A DNA stretch of 64,000 nt, from positions 1 to 64,000 of the forward strand of contig DALZZF010000007.1 of NCBI GenBank assembly GCA_031987605.1, in the 5' to 3' direction. A program made the translations under genes and the position numbers. Shown here piece by piece: positions 1 to 7,522 of the stretch. The DNA is from Bergeyella sp. (GTDB lineage: Bacteria > Bacteroidota > Bacteroidia > Flavobacteriales > Weeksellaceae). Below the pieces are notes generated by a model, which saw nothing but the letters and a program-made list of their open reading frames with translations, did not search any database and had not been told where the DNA came from. The first letter of the stretch is position 1. The number at the start of each line of letters is the position of its first letter.

Positions 1-123
1 CAAATATAGAAAAAATATATTTTTTTATTGGAAATTAACACAGAATCTACGGAGCATAATCAAAAAATTTATTTCAGACTCTAATACTCTCAATATAAAG
101 TTAAATATCAACCTCAAAAAAAA

Positions 124-1200
124 TTAAAGATCTGAAAGCAGGGTTTCATATTTTTTCAGAATAATTTCTTTGGAAAAACGAGAACGAATGGATTCGACAA
201 TTTTTCCCTTTTCGTACGGTTTTTCCAGAATATCGAGAATTCGAAGTGCAAAACCTTCATGATCTTCTATATTGCCAACTTCACCATTGATTCCGGATTG
301 AATAATTTCATTAATTCCGCCTGGACAATTATTGGCAAGCGCATACACTCCGGAAGCTCCGGCCTCCAGCAAAACATTCGGAAAACCTTCATAACGTGAG
401 GAAAGAATGAATAAATCCGCAAATTTCAAAAACTGAAACGGATTCTTTTGCCTTCCATAGAAAAATACATTTTCAAGACCGAGTTCGAATTTCATATTCT
501 GCAAAATCTCGCGGTCTTTTCCGTCACCCAAAATATGCAGACGGATTTTTTGATCTTTTAAATAATAAAAAACTTTCAGAAGATTATCAAAACCCTTTCT
601 GTAAGAGAGATTTCCGATAGCAACAATATTTTTAAAACCTTCTGAAAATTGTTCAGGTTTTTCATTTCCAATGAGCATTTCATTGATAAAATCAAAATCA
701 ACCGGATTATTGATTTTTATGAGTTTGCTTTTTTTAATCTTGAAATTTTCCACCAAATCATTCAGCATATCATCGCTCTGGCAAACGATTTTATCGTAGT
801 TGTTGTAGAATTTATAAAAGAATTTTATTTCTTTCCTCGTTACATGTTCGGACACCACATTGGTTTCTCGGGCAATGAATTTGGTTTTGGTAAATAGTTT
901 CAGAAATGGAGCGAGATATGCATTCACTTCGCCAAAACCAGAAAATACAATATCTGGCTTCCGCTTTCTGATTTCTGAAAAAATCGGTTTTAAAGAATTT
1001 CGGATTCTTTCTGTTTTTAAGTCGATGATTTCCACATCTTCTCTCAAAAAATCCAGATAACCGCCTTCTTTACGTAAAAGCATAATTTTCGGATCGAATT
1101 TTTCGCGCGGAAGATGATTGGCAATTGTGGTGACAATACGCTCTGCTCCTCCAGTTTCCAGATCGGGCAATATAAATATGACGGATTTCTTTTTCATCAA
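124..1200 (-). CDS. Glycosyltransferase, GT4/GT1 family
   Basis: 358-aa ORF. The C-terminal EGFPNVLLEAGASG..NNCPGG motif is typical of retaining GT4 glycosyltransferases. Confidence 0.75.
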   Translation of the reverse strand: MMKKKSVIFILPDLETGGAERIVTTIANHLPREKFDPKIMLLRKEGGYLDFLREDVEIIDLKTERIRNSLKPIFSEIRKRKPDIVFSGFGEVNAYLAPFLKLFTKTKFIARETNVVSEHVTRKEIKFFYKFYNNYDKIVCQSDDMLNDLVENFKIKKSKLIKINNPVDFDFINEMLIGNEKPEQFSEGFKNIVAIGNLSYRKGFDNLLKVFYYLKDQKIRLHILGDGKDREILQNMKFELGLENVFFYGRQKNPFQFLKFADLFILSSRYEGFPNVLLEAGASGVYALANNCPGGINEIIQSGINGEVGNIEDHEGFALRILDILEKPYEKGKIVESIRSRFSKEIILKKYETLLSDL

Positions 1201-1271
1201 ATATTATAGTCAATGCAAAAGTGCAAAAAAGATTTTTTATTTGCTATTTTTATACACTGTAAACGACTATA

Positions 1272-3557
1272 ATGAAAAAACTGCTGATCTATCTTTCTTT
1301 CCTTACCTTTACTTTTGGTCATTCTCAAAACGCAATATTTTCTGATAATCCGGTGGATTTTGTAAATCCTTTAATGGGAACCGATTCTAAGTATGAGCTT
1401 TCAAATGGCAATACCTATCCTGCAATCGGACTTCCATGGGGAATGAATTACTGGACGCCGCAAACCAATGAAATGGGAAATGGTTGGACATACCAATATT
1501 CCGCCGATAAGATTAATGGTTTCAAGCAAACCCACCAACCATCGCCCTGGATGAATGATTACGGCTATTTCGCCCTGATGCCGATTTCCGGGAAAATGGT
1601 TTTTAAAGAAAAGGAAAGGCAGAGTTGGTTTTCGCATAAAGCGGAAATTTCCACACCTTATTATTACAAAGTTTATCTGGCCGATCACAACGTAACCACC
1701 GAAATTTCACCAACGGAAAGAGCTGCTCTTTTCAGGTTTACTTTTCCTGAAAAAGACAGCGCATTTGTGGTGATTGATGCAATTGATAAAGGTTCTTACC
1801 TCAAAATTATTCCTTCCGAGAATAAAATCATTGGCTATTCCACCCGAAACCGGGGAAGCGTAAGCGAGAATTTTAAGAATTATTTTGTCATTCAGTTCAA
1901 TACGCCTTTCACACTTTCTAAAGGATGGGATGAAGACCAATTCGTGAATTCACAAGAAATTAAAAGTACACATGCGGGTGCGGTCATCGGATTTGGAAAT
2001 TTTTCAACTCAGAAAATCATTGAAGCAAAAGTGGCATCCTCCTTCATCAGCTTTGAACAGGCGGAACTCAATCTGAAAAGAGAAATCTGCAGCAAGAATT
2101 TTGACCAGATTAAAACCAATGGAAAAGCAAGATGGAATGAGGTTTTAGGAAAAATAAAAGTCAGCGGCGGAACGGAAGATCAAATGCGGACTTTTTATTC
2201 CTGCCTGTACAGAACGGTGATGTTTCCTATGAAAATGTATGAATTTGATGGCGAAAATAAAGTCGTTCATTACAGCCCGTACAACGGAAAAATCGTTGCA
2301 GGAAAACGTTTTGCAGGAACCGGATTCTGGGATACTTTCCGCGCTCTTTATCCGCTTTTGAATCTCGTGTATCCATCCATTTCAAAGGAAATGCAGGAGG
2401 GGTTAATCAACGATTATAAAGAAGGCGGCTGGCTTCCGGAATGGTCTTCGCCCGGTTATCGCGGAATTATGATCGGGAATAATTCAGCATCGGTTGTTTC
2501 GGAGGGTTATATAAAAGGATTGCGTGATTACGACATTGAAACGCTTTGGCAGGCACTTATTCACGGTGCCAATAATGAAGGTCCTGCTGCAACCGGAAGA
2601 AAAGGCGTGGAATTTTACAATGAATTGGGCTACATTCCGAATGATGTAAAAATTGATGAAAATGTGGCTCGAACTTTAGAATATGCTTACGATGATTACG
2701 CGATTTACACGCTGGGAAAAGCATTAGGAAAACCGGAACCGGAAATTTCTGTTTATCGGGAAAGAGCCATGAATTATAAAAAATTGTTCAACCCGGAATT
2801 TTCTTTGATGGCTCCTAAAAACAAAGACGGAAAATTCACCCCGAATTTCAATCCATATTCATGGGGCGGACCTTTTACAGAAGGGAATTCTTACCATTAC
2901 AGCTGGAGTGTTTTTCAGGATATTAACGGACTGAAAAATTTGATGGGCGGCGATTGGAAATTCATCGGAATGCTGGATTCGATATTTACACTTCCGCCGG
3001 ATTTTGGGGACTATTCGTATTATGGTACGGTAATTCATGAAATGCGCGAAATGCAGATTGCCAATTTCGGGCAGTACGCCCATGGAAACCAGCCGATTCA
3101 ACACATGATTTATCTGTACAATTATACTTCGCAACCGTACAAATCTCAATACTGGGTTCGGGAAGTGATGGATCGTTTGTACACACCAAATCCCGATGGA
3201 TACTGTGGTGATGAAGATAACGGACAAACTTCGGCTTGGTATGTTTTCTCAGCGTTGGGATTTTATCCGGTAACGCCGGCAAGTCCGGAATATGTAACCG
3301 CAGCACCGCTTTTTAAAAATGCAGAAATCGTTTTCGAAAACGGAAAAAAACTATCCATCAACGCGGCGGAAAATTCTGCCAAAAAAAGATATGTGCAGTC
3401 TTCCACGTTCAACGGAAAGGAGATCAAAACCAATTATCTGAATCATTTTGATCTTTTAAAGGGCGGAAAAATTGAAATAAAAATGTCGGAAAAACCAAAT
3501 CTAAAACGCAATACCGATAAAAGCGTATTTCCTTTTTCGATGAGTGGAAATGAATAG
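1272..3557 (+). CDS. GH92 family alpha-1,2-mannosidase, secreted
   Basis: 761 aa with an N-terminal signal peptide. Size and conserved blocks (WDTFRALYPLL, GYCGDEDNGQTSAWYV) are typical of GH92. Confidence 0.75.
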   Translation: MKKLLIYLSFLTFTFGHSQNAIFSDNPVDFVNPLMGTDSKYELSNGNTYPAIGLPWGMNYWTPQTNEMGNGWTYQYSADKINGFKQTHQPSPWMNDYGYFALMPISGKMVFKEKERQSWFSHKAEISTPYYYKVYLADHNVTTEISPTERAALFRFTFPEKDSAFVVIDAIDKGSYLKIIPSENKIIGYSTRNRGSVSENFKNYFVIQFNTPFTLSKGWDEDQFVNSQEIKSTHAGAVIGFGNFSTQKIIEAKVASSFISFEQAELNLKREICSKNFDQIKTNGKARWNEVLGKIKVSGGTEDQMRTFYSCLYRTVMFPMKMYEFDGENKVVHYSPYNGKIVAGKRFAGTGFWDTFRALYPLLNLVYPSISKEMQEGLINDYKEGGWLPEWSSPGYRGIMIGNNSASVVSEGYIKGLRDYDIETLWQALIHGANNEGPAATGRKGVEFYNELGYIPNDVKIDENVARTLEYAYDDYAIYTLGKALGKPEPEISVYRERAMNYKKLFNPEFSLMAPKNKDGKFTPNFNPYSWGGPFTEGNSYHYSWSVFQDINGLKNLMGGDWKFIGMLDSIFTLPPDFGDYSYYGTVIHEMREMQIANFGQYAHGNQPIQHMIYLYNYTSQPYKSQYWVREVMDRLYTPNPDGYCGDEDNGQTSAWYVFSALGFYPVTPASPEYVTAAPLFKNAEIVFENGKKLSINAAENSAKKRYVQSSTFNGKEIKTNYLNHFDLLKGGKIEIKMSEKPNLKRNTDKSVFPFSMSGNE

Positions 3558-3603
3558 AAAAAACTCTGTTTAGTGCCTTTGTAAAAATTTTAAAACATAT
3601 AAA

Positions 3604-3630
3604 ACCATACATGATGTATGGCTCTTTTTC
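3604..3630. terminator. Bidirectional rho-independent terminator between GH92 and deoD
   Basis: Hairpin ccatacatgatgtatgg followed by a T-run, with an A-run on the other side. Confidence 0.5.
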
Positions 3631-3649
3631 TTTATTTTTTGCAATGGTA

Positions 3650-4357
3650 TTACAGTTTAATCGCCGTTTCCAATGCTAATTCAATCATCGTTTTGAGCAT
3701 TTTTTCACGCTCATCAGCGGAAATTTTTTCACCACTGGGAATCACATCTGAAACAGTGAGAATAGTCGCAGCATTTTTTCCTAAATATTGCGCATTGGCA
3801 AAAAGAGCGAAGGCTTCCATCTCAACAGCAGCACAATTGTACTTTTCTGCCACTGTAGGAATTCCTTTGCCATTGCTGTAAAAAATATCGCTGGTGTGAA
3901 TGTTGGTTGGTTTCACAACGGTTCCCAATTCTTTACCGGTCTCGTTGATGACATCAAAAACATTTCCCTGATGTGAAATAAGTTCTCCTTCAATTCCCCA
4001 AGCAAATTTGGCGTAGGTACTTTCGCTCGCTGAATTTTCCACATTTAGCACATCGAATAATTTTAAATCAGTGGTATACGCTCCGCAAGTTCCGATTCTG
4101 ATAATCGTTTCCACTTCATATTCCGTAAAAAGTTCGAAAGAATAAATTCCGATGCTCGGACAACCCATTCCGCTTGCTCCCACCGAAATTTCTTTTCCTT
4201 TATAGATACCTGTATAATAGAAAATTCCTCTGGTTTTACTGACTAATCTATGGTTTTCTAAAAAATTTTCGGCGATGTATTGTGCCCGTAACGGATCTCC
4301 GGGTTGCAGTACAACTTTTGCAATTTCACCCGATTTTGCACTGATGTGTACACTCAT
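3650..4357 (-). CDS. deoD: Purine nucleoside phosphorylase, DeoD-type
   Basis: MSVHISAKSGEIAKVVLQPGDPLRAQYIAENFLE... aligns with E. coli DeoD. The ORF-track start at 4402 is probably a 15-aa over-extension. Confidence 0.85.
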   Translation of the reverse strand: MSVHISAKSGEIAKVVLQPGDPLRAQYIAENFLENHRLVSKTRGIFYYTGIYKGKEISVGASGMGCPSIGIYSFELFTEYEVETIIRIGTCGAYTTDLKLFDVLNVENSASESTYAKFAWGIEGELISHQGNVFDVINETGKELGTVVKPTNIHTSDIFYSNGKGIPTVAEKYNCAAVEMEAFALFANAQYLGKNAATILTVSDVIPSGEKISADEREKMLKTMIELALETAIKL

Positions 4358-4482
4358 AAAATTTGAATTTGTATCAGCCAAATATAATATTTTGTAGAGC
4401 AAAATCCATCAAAAATCATCTTGAAGAATTCATTTTGAAGAAAATGATTTATAAAAAATTTATCTTTGCACCATAATTCAAA

Positions 4483-4611
4483 ATGAATACACAAAGACAA
4501 CATATCGATCGTATTACTTGGAATAGCCCTTCAATAAAAGGATTATTCTGCTATGAACTTGCTCTAATGCAAGAAGTTCGAGATGTTTTTGTGAATTATT
4601 TCCATAGATAG
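4483..4611 (+). CDS. Candidate small protein (42 aa), unknown function
   Basis: ATG ORF MNTQRQHIDRITWNSPSIKGLFCYELALMQEVRDVFVNYFHR. It is preceded by a Bacteroidetes -7 box (tatctttg, 4461-4468) and followed by a terminator hairpin at 4640-4669. Confidence 0.2.
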   Translation: MNTQRQHIDRITWNSPSIKGLFCYELALMQEVRDVFVNYFHR

Positions 4612-4639
4612 TTTAGACTATTTTTAAGAAAATATTGAA

Positions 4640-4669
4640 GCGTCTCGATCATTTCGAGGCGCTTTTTTT
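4640..4669 (+). terminator. Rho-independent terminator
   Basis: gcgtctcga-tcat-tcgaggcgc stem followed by TTTTTTT. Confidence 0.5.
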
Positions 4670-5125
4670 GTGTTTTGAACCTCAAAATAATTTAGAATGA
4701 AAAAAAATTAAGAATAATTGAAAAAATATTTTAACAAAATGAACTTTTAAAAAAGTCGACATACCATAAATGATAAATAATTGTGAGACAGACAATTCCA
4801 AAATCAAAACATCTGTACAAAAGTACGGACAGGAAAACCCTATTTAAAAAATTCACATAAAATATTGGTTATCAAATAATTACAATAATTTTTTATTTGC
4901 GAGTTTGAAAAATTCGTATTTACTTTGCCATCGGAAAATTCAAGGAAAGCGATTTCCAACAAGATTTTAAAAATAAAATATGACACACCAACTTAGAATA
5001 TCAAAACCGAATTGCGGAGGACAAACACTCCATAGTTTTAATGGGTATTTATACGAAGATCAATTGATTTTCAGGAGGAAGAAATGTATACCAGGCAAAT
5101 AATACTTGCCTAAAATAATACTGCT

Positions 5126-5153
5126 GCACCTCCCAAAAAGAGGTGCTTTTTTT
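5126..5153 (+). terminator. Rho-independent terminator immediately upstream of the tRNA array
   Basis: gcacctc-ccaaaaa-gaggtgc stem plus TTTTTTT. It follows an AGGAGG-preceded 9-codon mini-ORF (5085-5114). Confidence 0.5.
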
Positions 5154-5155
5154 AT

Positions 5156-5228
5156 GGTTTCTTTAGTTTACTTGGTAAAACGTCGGTTTGTGGCACCGAA
5201 GAACAGGGTTCGAATCCCGAAAAAACCC
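5156..5228 (+). tRNA. tRNA-like, anticodon GTG (His-like), degenerate
   Basis: Anticodon stem-loop tcggt/ttGTGgc/accga with a TTCGAAT T-loop. The T-stem has only 3 bp, the acceptor has mismatches, and no G-1 is encoded. Possibly a pseudo or atypical tRNA. Confidence 0.35.
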
Positions 5229-5234
5229 AATATT

Positions 5235-5306
5235 GATTTCGTAGCTCAATGGAAGAGTAACAGTCTTCGAAACTGGAGGTTGAAGGTTCGAATCCTTCCG
5301 AAATCG
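5235..5306 (+). tRNA. tRNA-Arg (anticodon TCG)
   Basis: Clean cloverleaf by hand folding: acceptor gatttcg/cgaaatc, D-arm gctc..gagt, anticodon loop cttcgaa, T-arm gaagg-ttcgaat-ccttc. Confidence 0.8.
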
Positions 5307-5312
5307 CAAAAA

Positions 5313-5386
5313 GATTCTGTAGCTCAAATGGTTAGAGCACTTGCCTTTTAAGCAAGGAGTTAAAGGTTCGAATCCTTTCAGAGTCA
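5313..5386 (+). tRNA. tRNA-Lys (anticodon TTT)
   Basis: Canonical cloverleaf: D-arm gctc-aaatggtta-gagc, anticodon arm cttgc-cttttaa-gcaag, T-arm aaagg-ttcgaat-ccttt, acceptor gattctg/cagagtc. Confidence 0.85.
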
Positions 5387-5395
5387 CTATTTTAT

Positions 5396-5466
5396 GGTTC
5401 ATTGTGGTAATGGAAACCTTTCCGACTGTCTCTCGGAAGCTACGAGTTCGATCCTCGTATGAGCCG
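5396..5466 (+). tRNA. tRNA-Asp-like (anticodon GTC), atypical
   Basis: Acceptor ggttcat/atgagcc with G73, anticodon arm tccga-ctGTCtc-tcgga, good T-arm. The D-stem is weak and position 37 is a pyrimidine. Confidence 0.5.
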
Positions 5467-5555
5467 CAACTGACATTAGTTTATATAAAAATGATTGATC
5501 CTTTTCGGAGCAGACGATCTTACAACACAATTGGAATTGATCAATCATTTTATTG

Positions 5556-5631
5556 GATGTTGCGCCGAAGTTGGAGCGTCGGGACAGTCTGCAAAGCTGT
5601 TAAAATATGAGTTCGATTCTCATCACCATCT
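5556..5631 (+). tRNA. tRNA-Cys (anticodon GCA)
   Basis: D-stem ccga/tcgg, anticodon loop ctGCAaa, T-arm atgag-ttcgatt-ctcat, acceptor gatgttg/caccatc with one mismatch. Discriminator U73 is the Cys identity element. Confidence 0.75.
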
Positions 5632-5640
5632 CGAAAAAAG

Positions 5641-5700
5641 GGAAGCACGTCAACGTTGGAGCGTTGAGGCAGTCTGTAAAACTGTTGCTAAATGCTGAGT
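5641..5700 (+). tRNA. Pseudo-tRNA, Tyr-like (GTA anticodon) 5' portion
   Basis: D-arm tcaa-cgttggagcg-ttga resembles the Cys D-arm, and the anticodon arm is gcagt-ctGTAaa-actgt. No convincing variable arm or T-arm follows. A 7-nt complement of the 5' end at 5767-5773 is not backed by a T-arm. Confidence 0.3.
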
Positions 5701-5783
5701 AAGTTCGAAATACGAAGTATTCGTGAATACCGAAACAACTTGAAAAAAGCATATGAACAATCTTACTGCTTCCACAAAAATTT

Positions 5784-5856
5784 GCAGGAATGGCGAAATG
5801 GCAAACGCACTTGACTTAGAATCAAGAAATTGAAGGTTCGACTCCTTCTTCCTGTA
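5784..5856 (+). tRNA. tRNA-like, anticodon TAG with a short (class I) variable arm
   Basis: Acceptor gcaggaa/ttcctgt, anticodon arm cttga-ctTAGaa-tcaag, T-arm gaagg-ttcgact-ccttc. A Leu anticodon without the long variable arm is non-canonical. Confidence 0.5.
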
Positions 5857-5861
5857 CAAAG

Positions 5862-5935
5862 ACCTCTCTATTCCAAGAGGCAGAGAAAACGGACTTAAAA
5901 TCCGTACAGTCTCAGTTCGAATCTGGGGAGAGGTA
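5862..5935 (+). tRNA. tRNA-like, anticodon TAA with a short (class I) variable arm
   Basis: Acceptor acctctc/gagaggt (A1-U72), anticodon arm acgga-ctTAAaa-tccgt, T-arm ctcag-ttcgaat-ctggg. The D-arm is weak. Non-canonical for Leu. Confidence 0.45.
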
Positions 5936-5940
5936 CACAA

Positions 5941-6013
5941 TAATCTGTAGTGTAATTGGTCAGCACTTGGGATTTTGACTCCCAGAGTTTAGGTTCAAAT
6001 CCTGACAGATTAA
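5941..6013 (+). tRNA. tRNA-Gln (anticodon TTG)
   Basis: U1-A72 acceptor taatctg/cagatta as in E. coli tRNA-Gln, D-arm gtgt..gcac, anticodon arm tggga-ttTTGac-tccca, T-arm ttagg-ttcaaat-cctga. Confidence 0.75.
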
Positions 6014-6020
6014 CAAAAAA

Positions 6021-6094
6021 GGAAAAGTGTTGTACAAGGTGTGGCACGTTAGATTGAAAATCTAAAGGTATCGGTTCGATCCCAGTCTTTTCCA
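6021..6094 (+). tRNA. tRNA-Phe (anticodon GAA)
   Basis: Acceptor ggaaaag/cttttcc with A73, and anticodon arm ttaga-ttGAAaa-tctaa identical to the E. coli Phe loop. The T-stem has one mismatch. Confidence 0.7.
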
Positions 6095-6211
6095 CGAAGA
6101 AATTTTATTATTTCGATGAATTTGAAATAGAAAATAAGTTAAAGTAAGCCACAAAGTGGCGACTTAACAAAGCATAGTGAAGCACTATGAATTAAATAAA
6201 ACCCTAACAAA

Positions 6212-6697
6212 ATGGAAACAAAACAAGAAATCTGGCAGAATATGCGAGGAAAGATTTTTCACAACAATATCGCATCATTGTTGGAAGAAGCAATCCTTCG
6301 TGAAAAAGCAGCAGGACATCGTTTAAAAGTTTGCGTAGGTTCCGATTCTCACGTGTATGGAAAGGAAATCCATTATGCAACTGCAGTCGTAGTAATTCGG
6401 GAAGGAAAAGGCGCTTTTACTTTTATTCGTAAACAAAAGGAATTTGGACAAATCAGCATCAAAGAACGGATGCTCAACGAAGTCAACAAATCCGTGGAAA
6501 TTGCGTACACGATTTGTCGAATTTTAGAAGAATATAATATTGAAATGGAAGTTCACGCAGACATCAATACCGATCCGGATTTTAAATCCAATCTCGCCTT
6601 AAAAGATGCGATGGGTTACATTCTCGGAATGGGGTATGTGTTCAAAGCGAAACCATATGCATTTGCAAGTTCAAACTGTGCAGATGCAATGGTTTGA
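6212..6697 (+). CDS. Hypothetical protein, possibly RNase H-like DUF458/YkuK family
   Basis: 161 aa. A VGSDSH acidic motif plus later conserved D/E residues resemble the YkuK-type RNase H-like fold. This is from memory of the family, not a search. Confidence 0.4.
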   Translation: METKQEIWQNMRGKIFHNNIASLLEEAILREKAAGHRLKVCVGSDSHVYGKEIHYATAVVVIREGKGAFTFIRKQKEFGQISIKERMLNEVNKSVEIAYTICRILEEYNIEMEVHADINTDPDFKSNLALKDAMGYILGMGYVFKAKPYAFASSNCADAMV

Positions 6698-6715
6698 AAA
6701 TTAAAAAATTAAATT

Positions 6716-7066
6716 ATGGAAATAGAACATTTAGCACATTTTCATATTGCAGGATTTACTTATTACAATGGTCCTTTGGTGTTCAGTAAATTGAAAATAG
6801 GAAAGAAATTAGAAATGAAACTTGAAGAAGACAATAAATATGATGCAAGAGCTATTGCTATTTTTTACAAAAACCAAAAAATTGGATTTGTTCCTAAAAC
6901 TGAAAACCGAATTCTCTATAAAATGTTAAAAATTGGTTTAGAAAAAAATCTAAGAATGGTTGTACAAATGGTTAATCCTGCCGAAAATCCTGAAAGACAG
7001 GTTCAGGTTTTGGTACATCTTGTTAATGAATCAGTATCATTTCACTTTTGCGAATCTCATTTGTAA
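6716..7066 (+). CDS. HIRAN domain protein, stand-alone
   Basis: 116 aa. HIAGFTYYNG...LEEDNKYDARAIAIFYKNQKIGFVPK matches the HIRAN 3'-DNA-end-binding domain consensus (G.RYY.G ... P.N.YD.NAI.V ... G.VP). Confidence 0.7.
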   Translation: MEIEHLAHFHIAGFTYYNGPLVFSKLKIGKKLEMKLEEDNKYDARAIAIFYKNQKIGFVPKTENRILYKMLKIGLEKNLRMVVQMVNPAENPERQVQVLVHLVNESVSFHFCESHL

Positions 7067-7245
7067 AAGTCAAAATATCAAACAAGTCTAGTTGCGTGTT
7101 TCTGTATAGCACCATTGTAGAACGTTTTGTTGCGAAACATGATTCAGTTCTGTGCAACTTGATTTGAAGGTTTTGGAGTTGACCAAAAAACTTCATCACA
7201 CTATGTGTTGCAGGTTCGAGTCCTGCTTATCCGACTCAAAATCTG

Positions 7246-7316
7246 GATAATAGCTCAATTTGGGTAGAGTAATAGTTTGGAAGCGCGGGTTCGAATCCCG
7301 TTCTCAATTTAGATTT
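7246..7316 (+). tRNA. Pseudo-tRNA fragment
   Basis: tagctcaatttgggtagagt D-arm and gcggg-ttcgaat-cccgt T-arm with no anticodon stem between them. A lone T-arm (gcagg-ttcgagt-cctgc) also sits at about 7207-7225. Confidence 0.3.
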
Positions 7317-7320
7317 GAGA

Positions 7321-7391
7321 TCGCTCAATTGGTTAGAGCACTACACTGTTAATGTAGGTTTCGAAATAGACTGAAAATCTGTTTCCCAGAG
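7321..7391 (+). tRNA. Pseudo-tRNA, Asn-like (GTT anticodon)
   Basis: Good D-arm (gctc-aattggtta-gagc) and anticodon arm (ctaca-ctGTTaa-tgtag). The T-arm (gtttcgaaataga) is degenerate and the acceptor is mismatched. Confidence 0.35.
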
Positions 7392-7522
7392 TTCGCAACA
7401 CTCACAAATAAATGCGTTTTCAGGAAATTCTTAAAGCCAATCCGTTGCTTGCAACATTCGGAAAAGGCTTGAAAGAAAGCAAAAAATTCAGGACGAATTT
7501 TAAAGAAAATGAAGGCTGAAGA

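Noticed and set aside
5641-5774. Possible about 134-nt intron-containing tRNA-Tyr (5' acceptor ggaagca at 5641 complementary to tgcttcc at 5767).
   Set aside because: No T-arm precedes the putative 3' acceptor and no variable arm folds. A 7-nt complement in about 150 bp can be chance. Treated as a truncated pseudo-tRNA instead.
5106-6095. Six-frame ORFs (5106..5351, 5163..5402, 5341..5610, 5495..5698, 5650..5940, 5895..6095) proposed as coding.
   Set aside because: They overlap the tRNA array on both strands. Their sequence is explained by tRNA genes and none has protein-family features.
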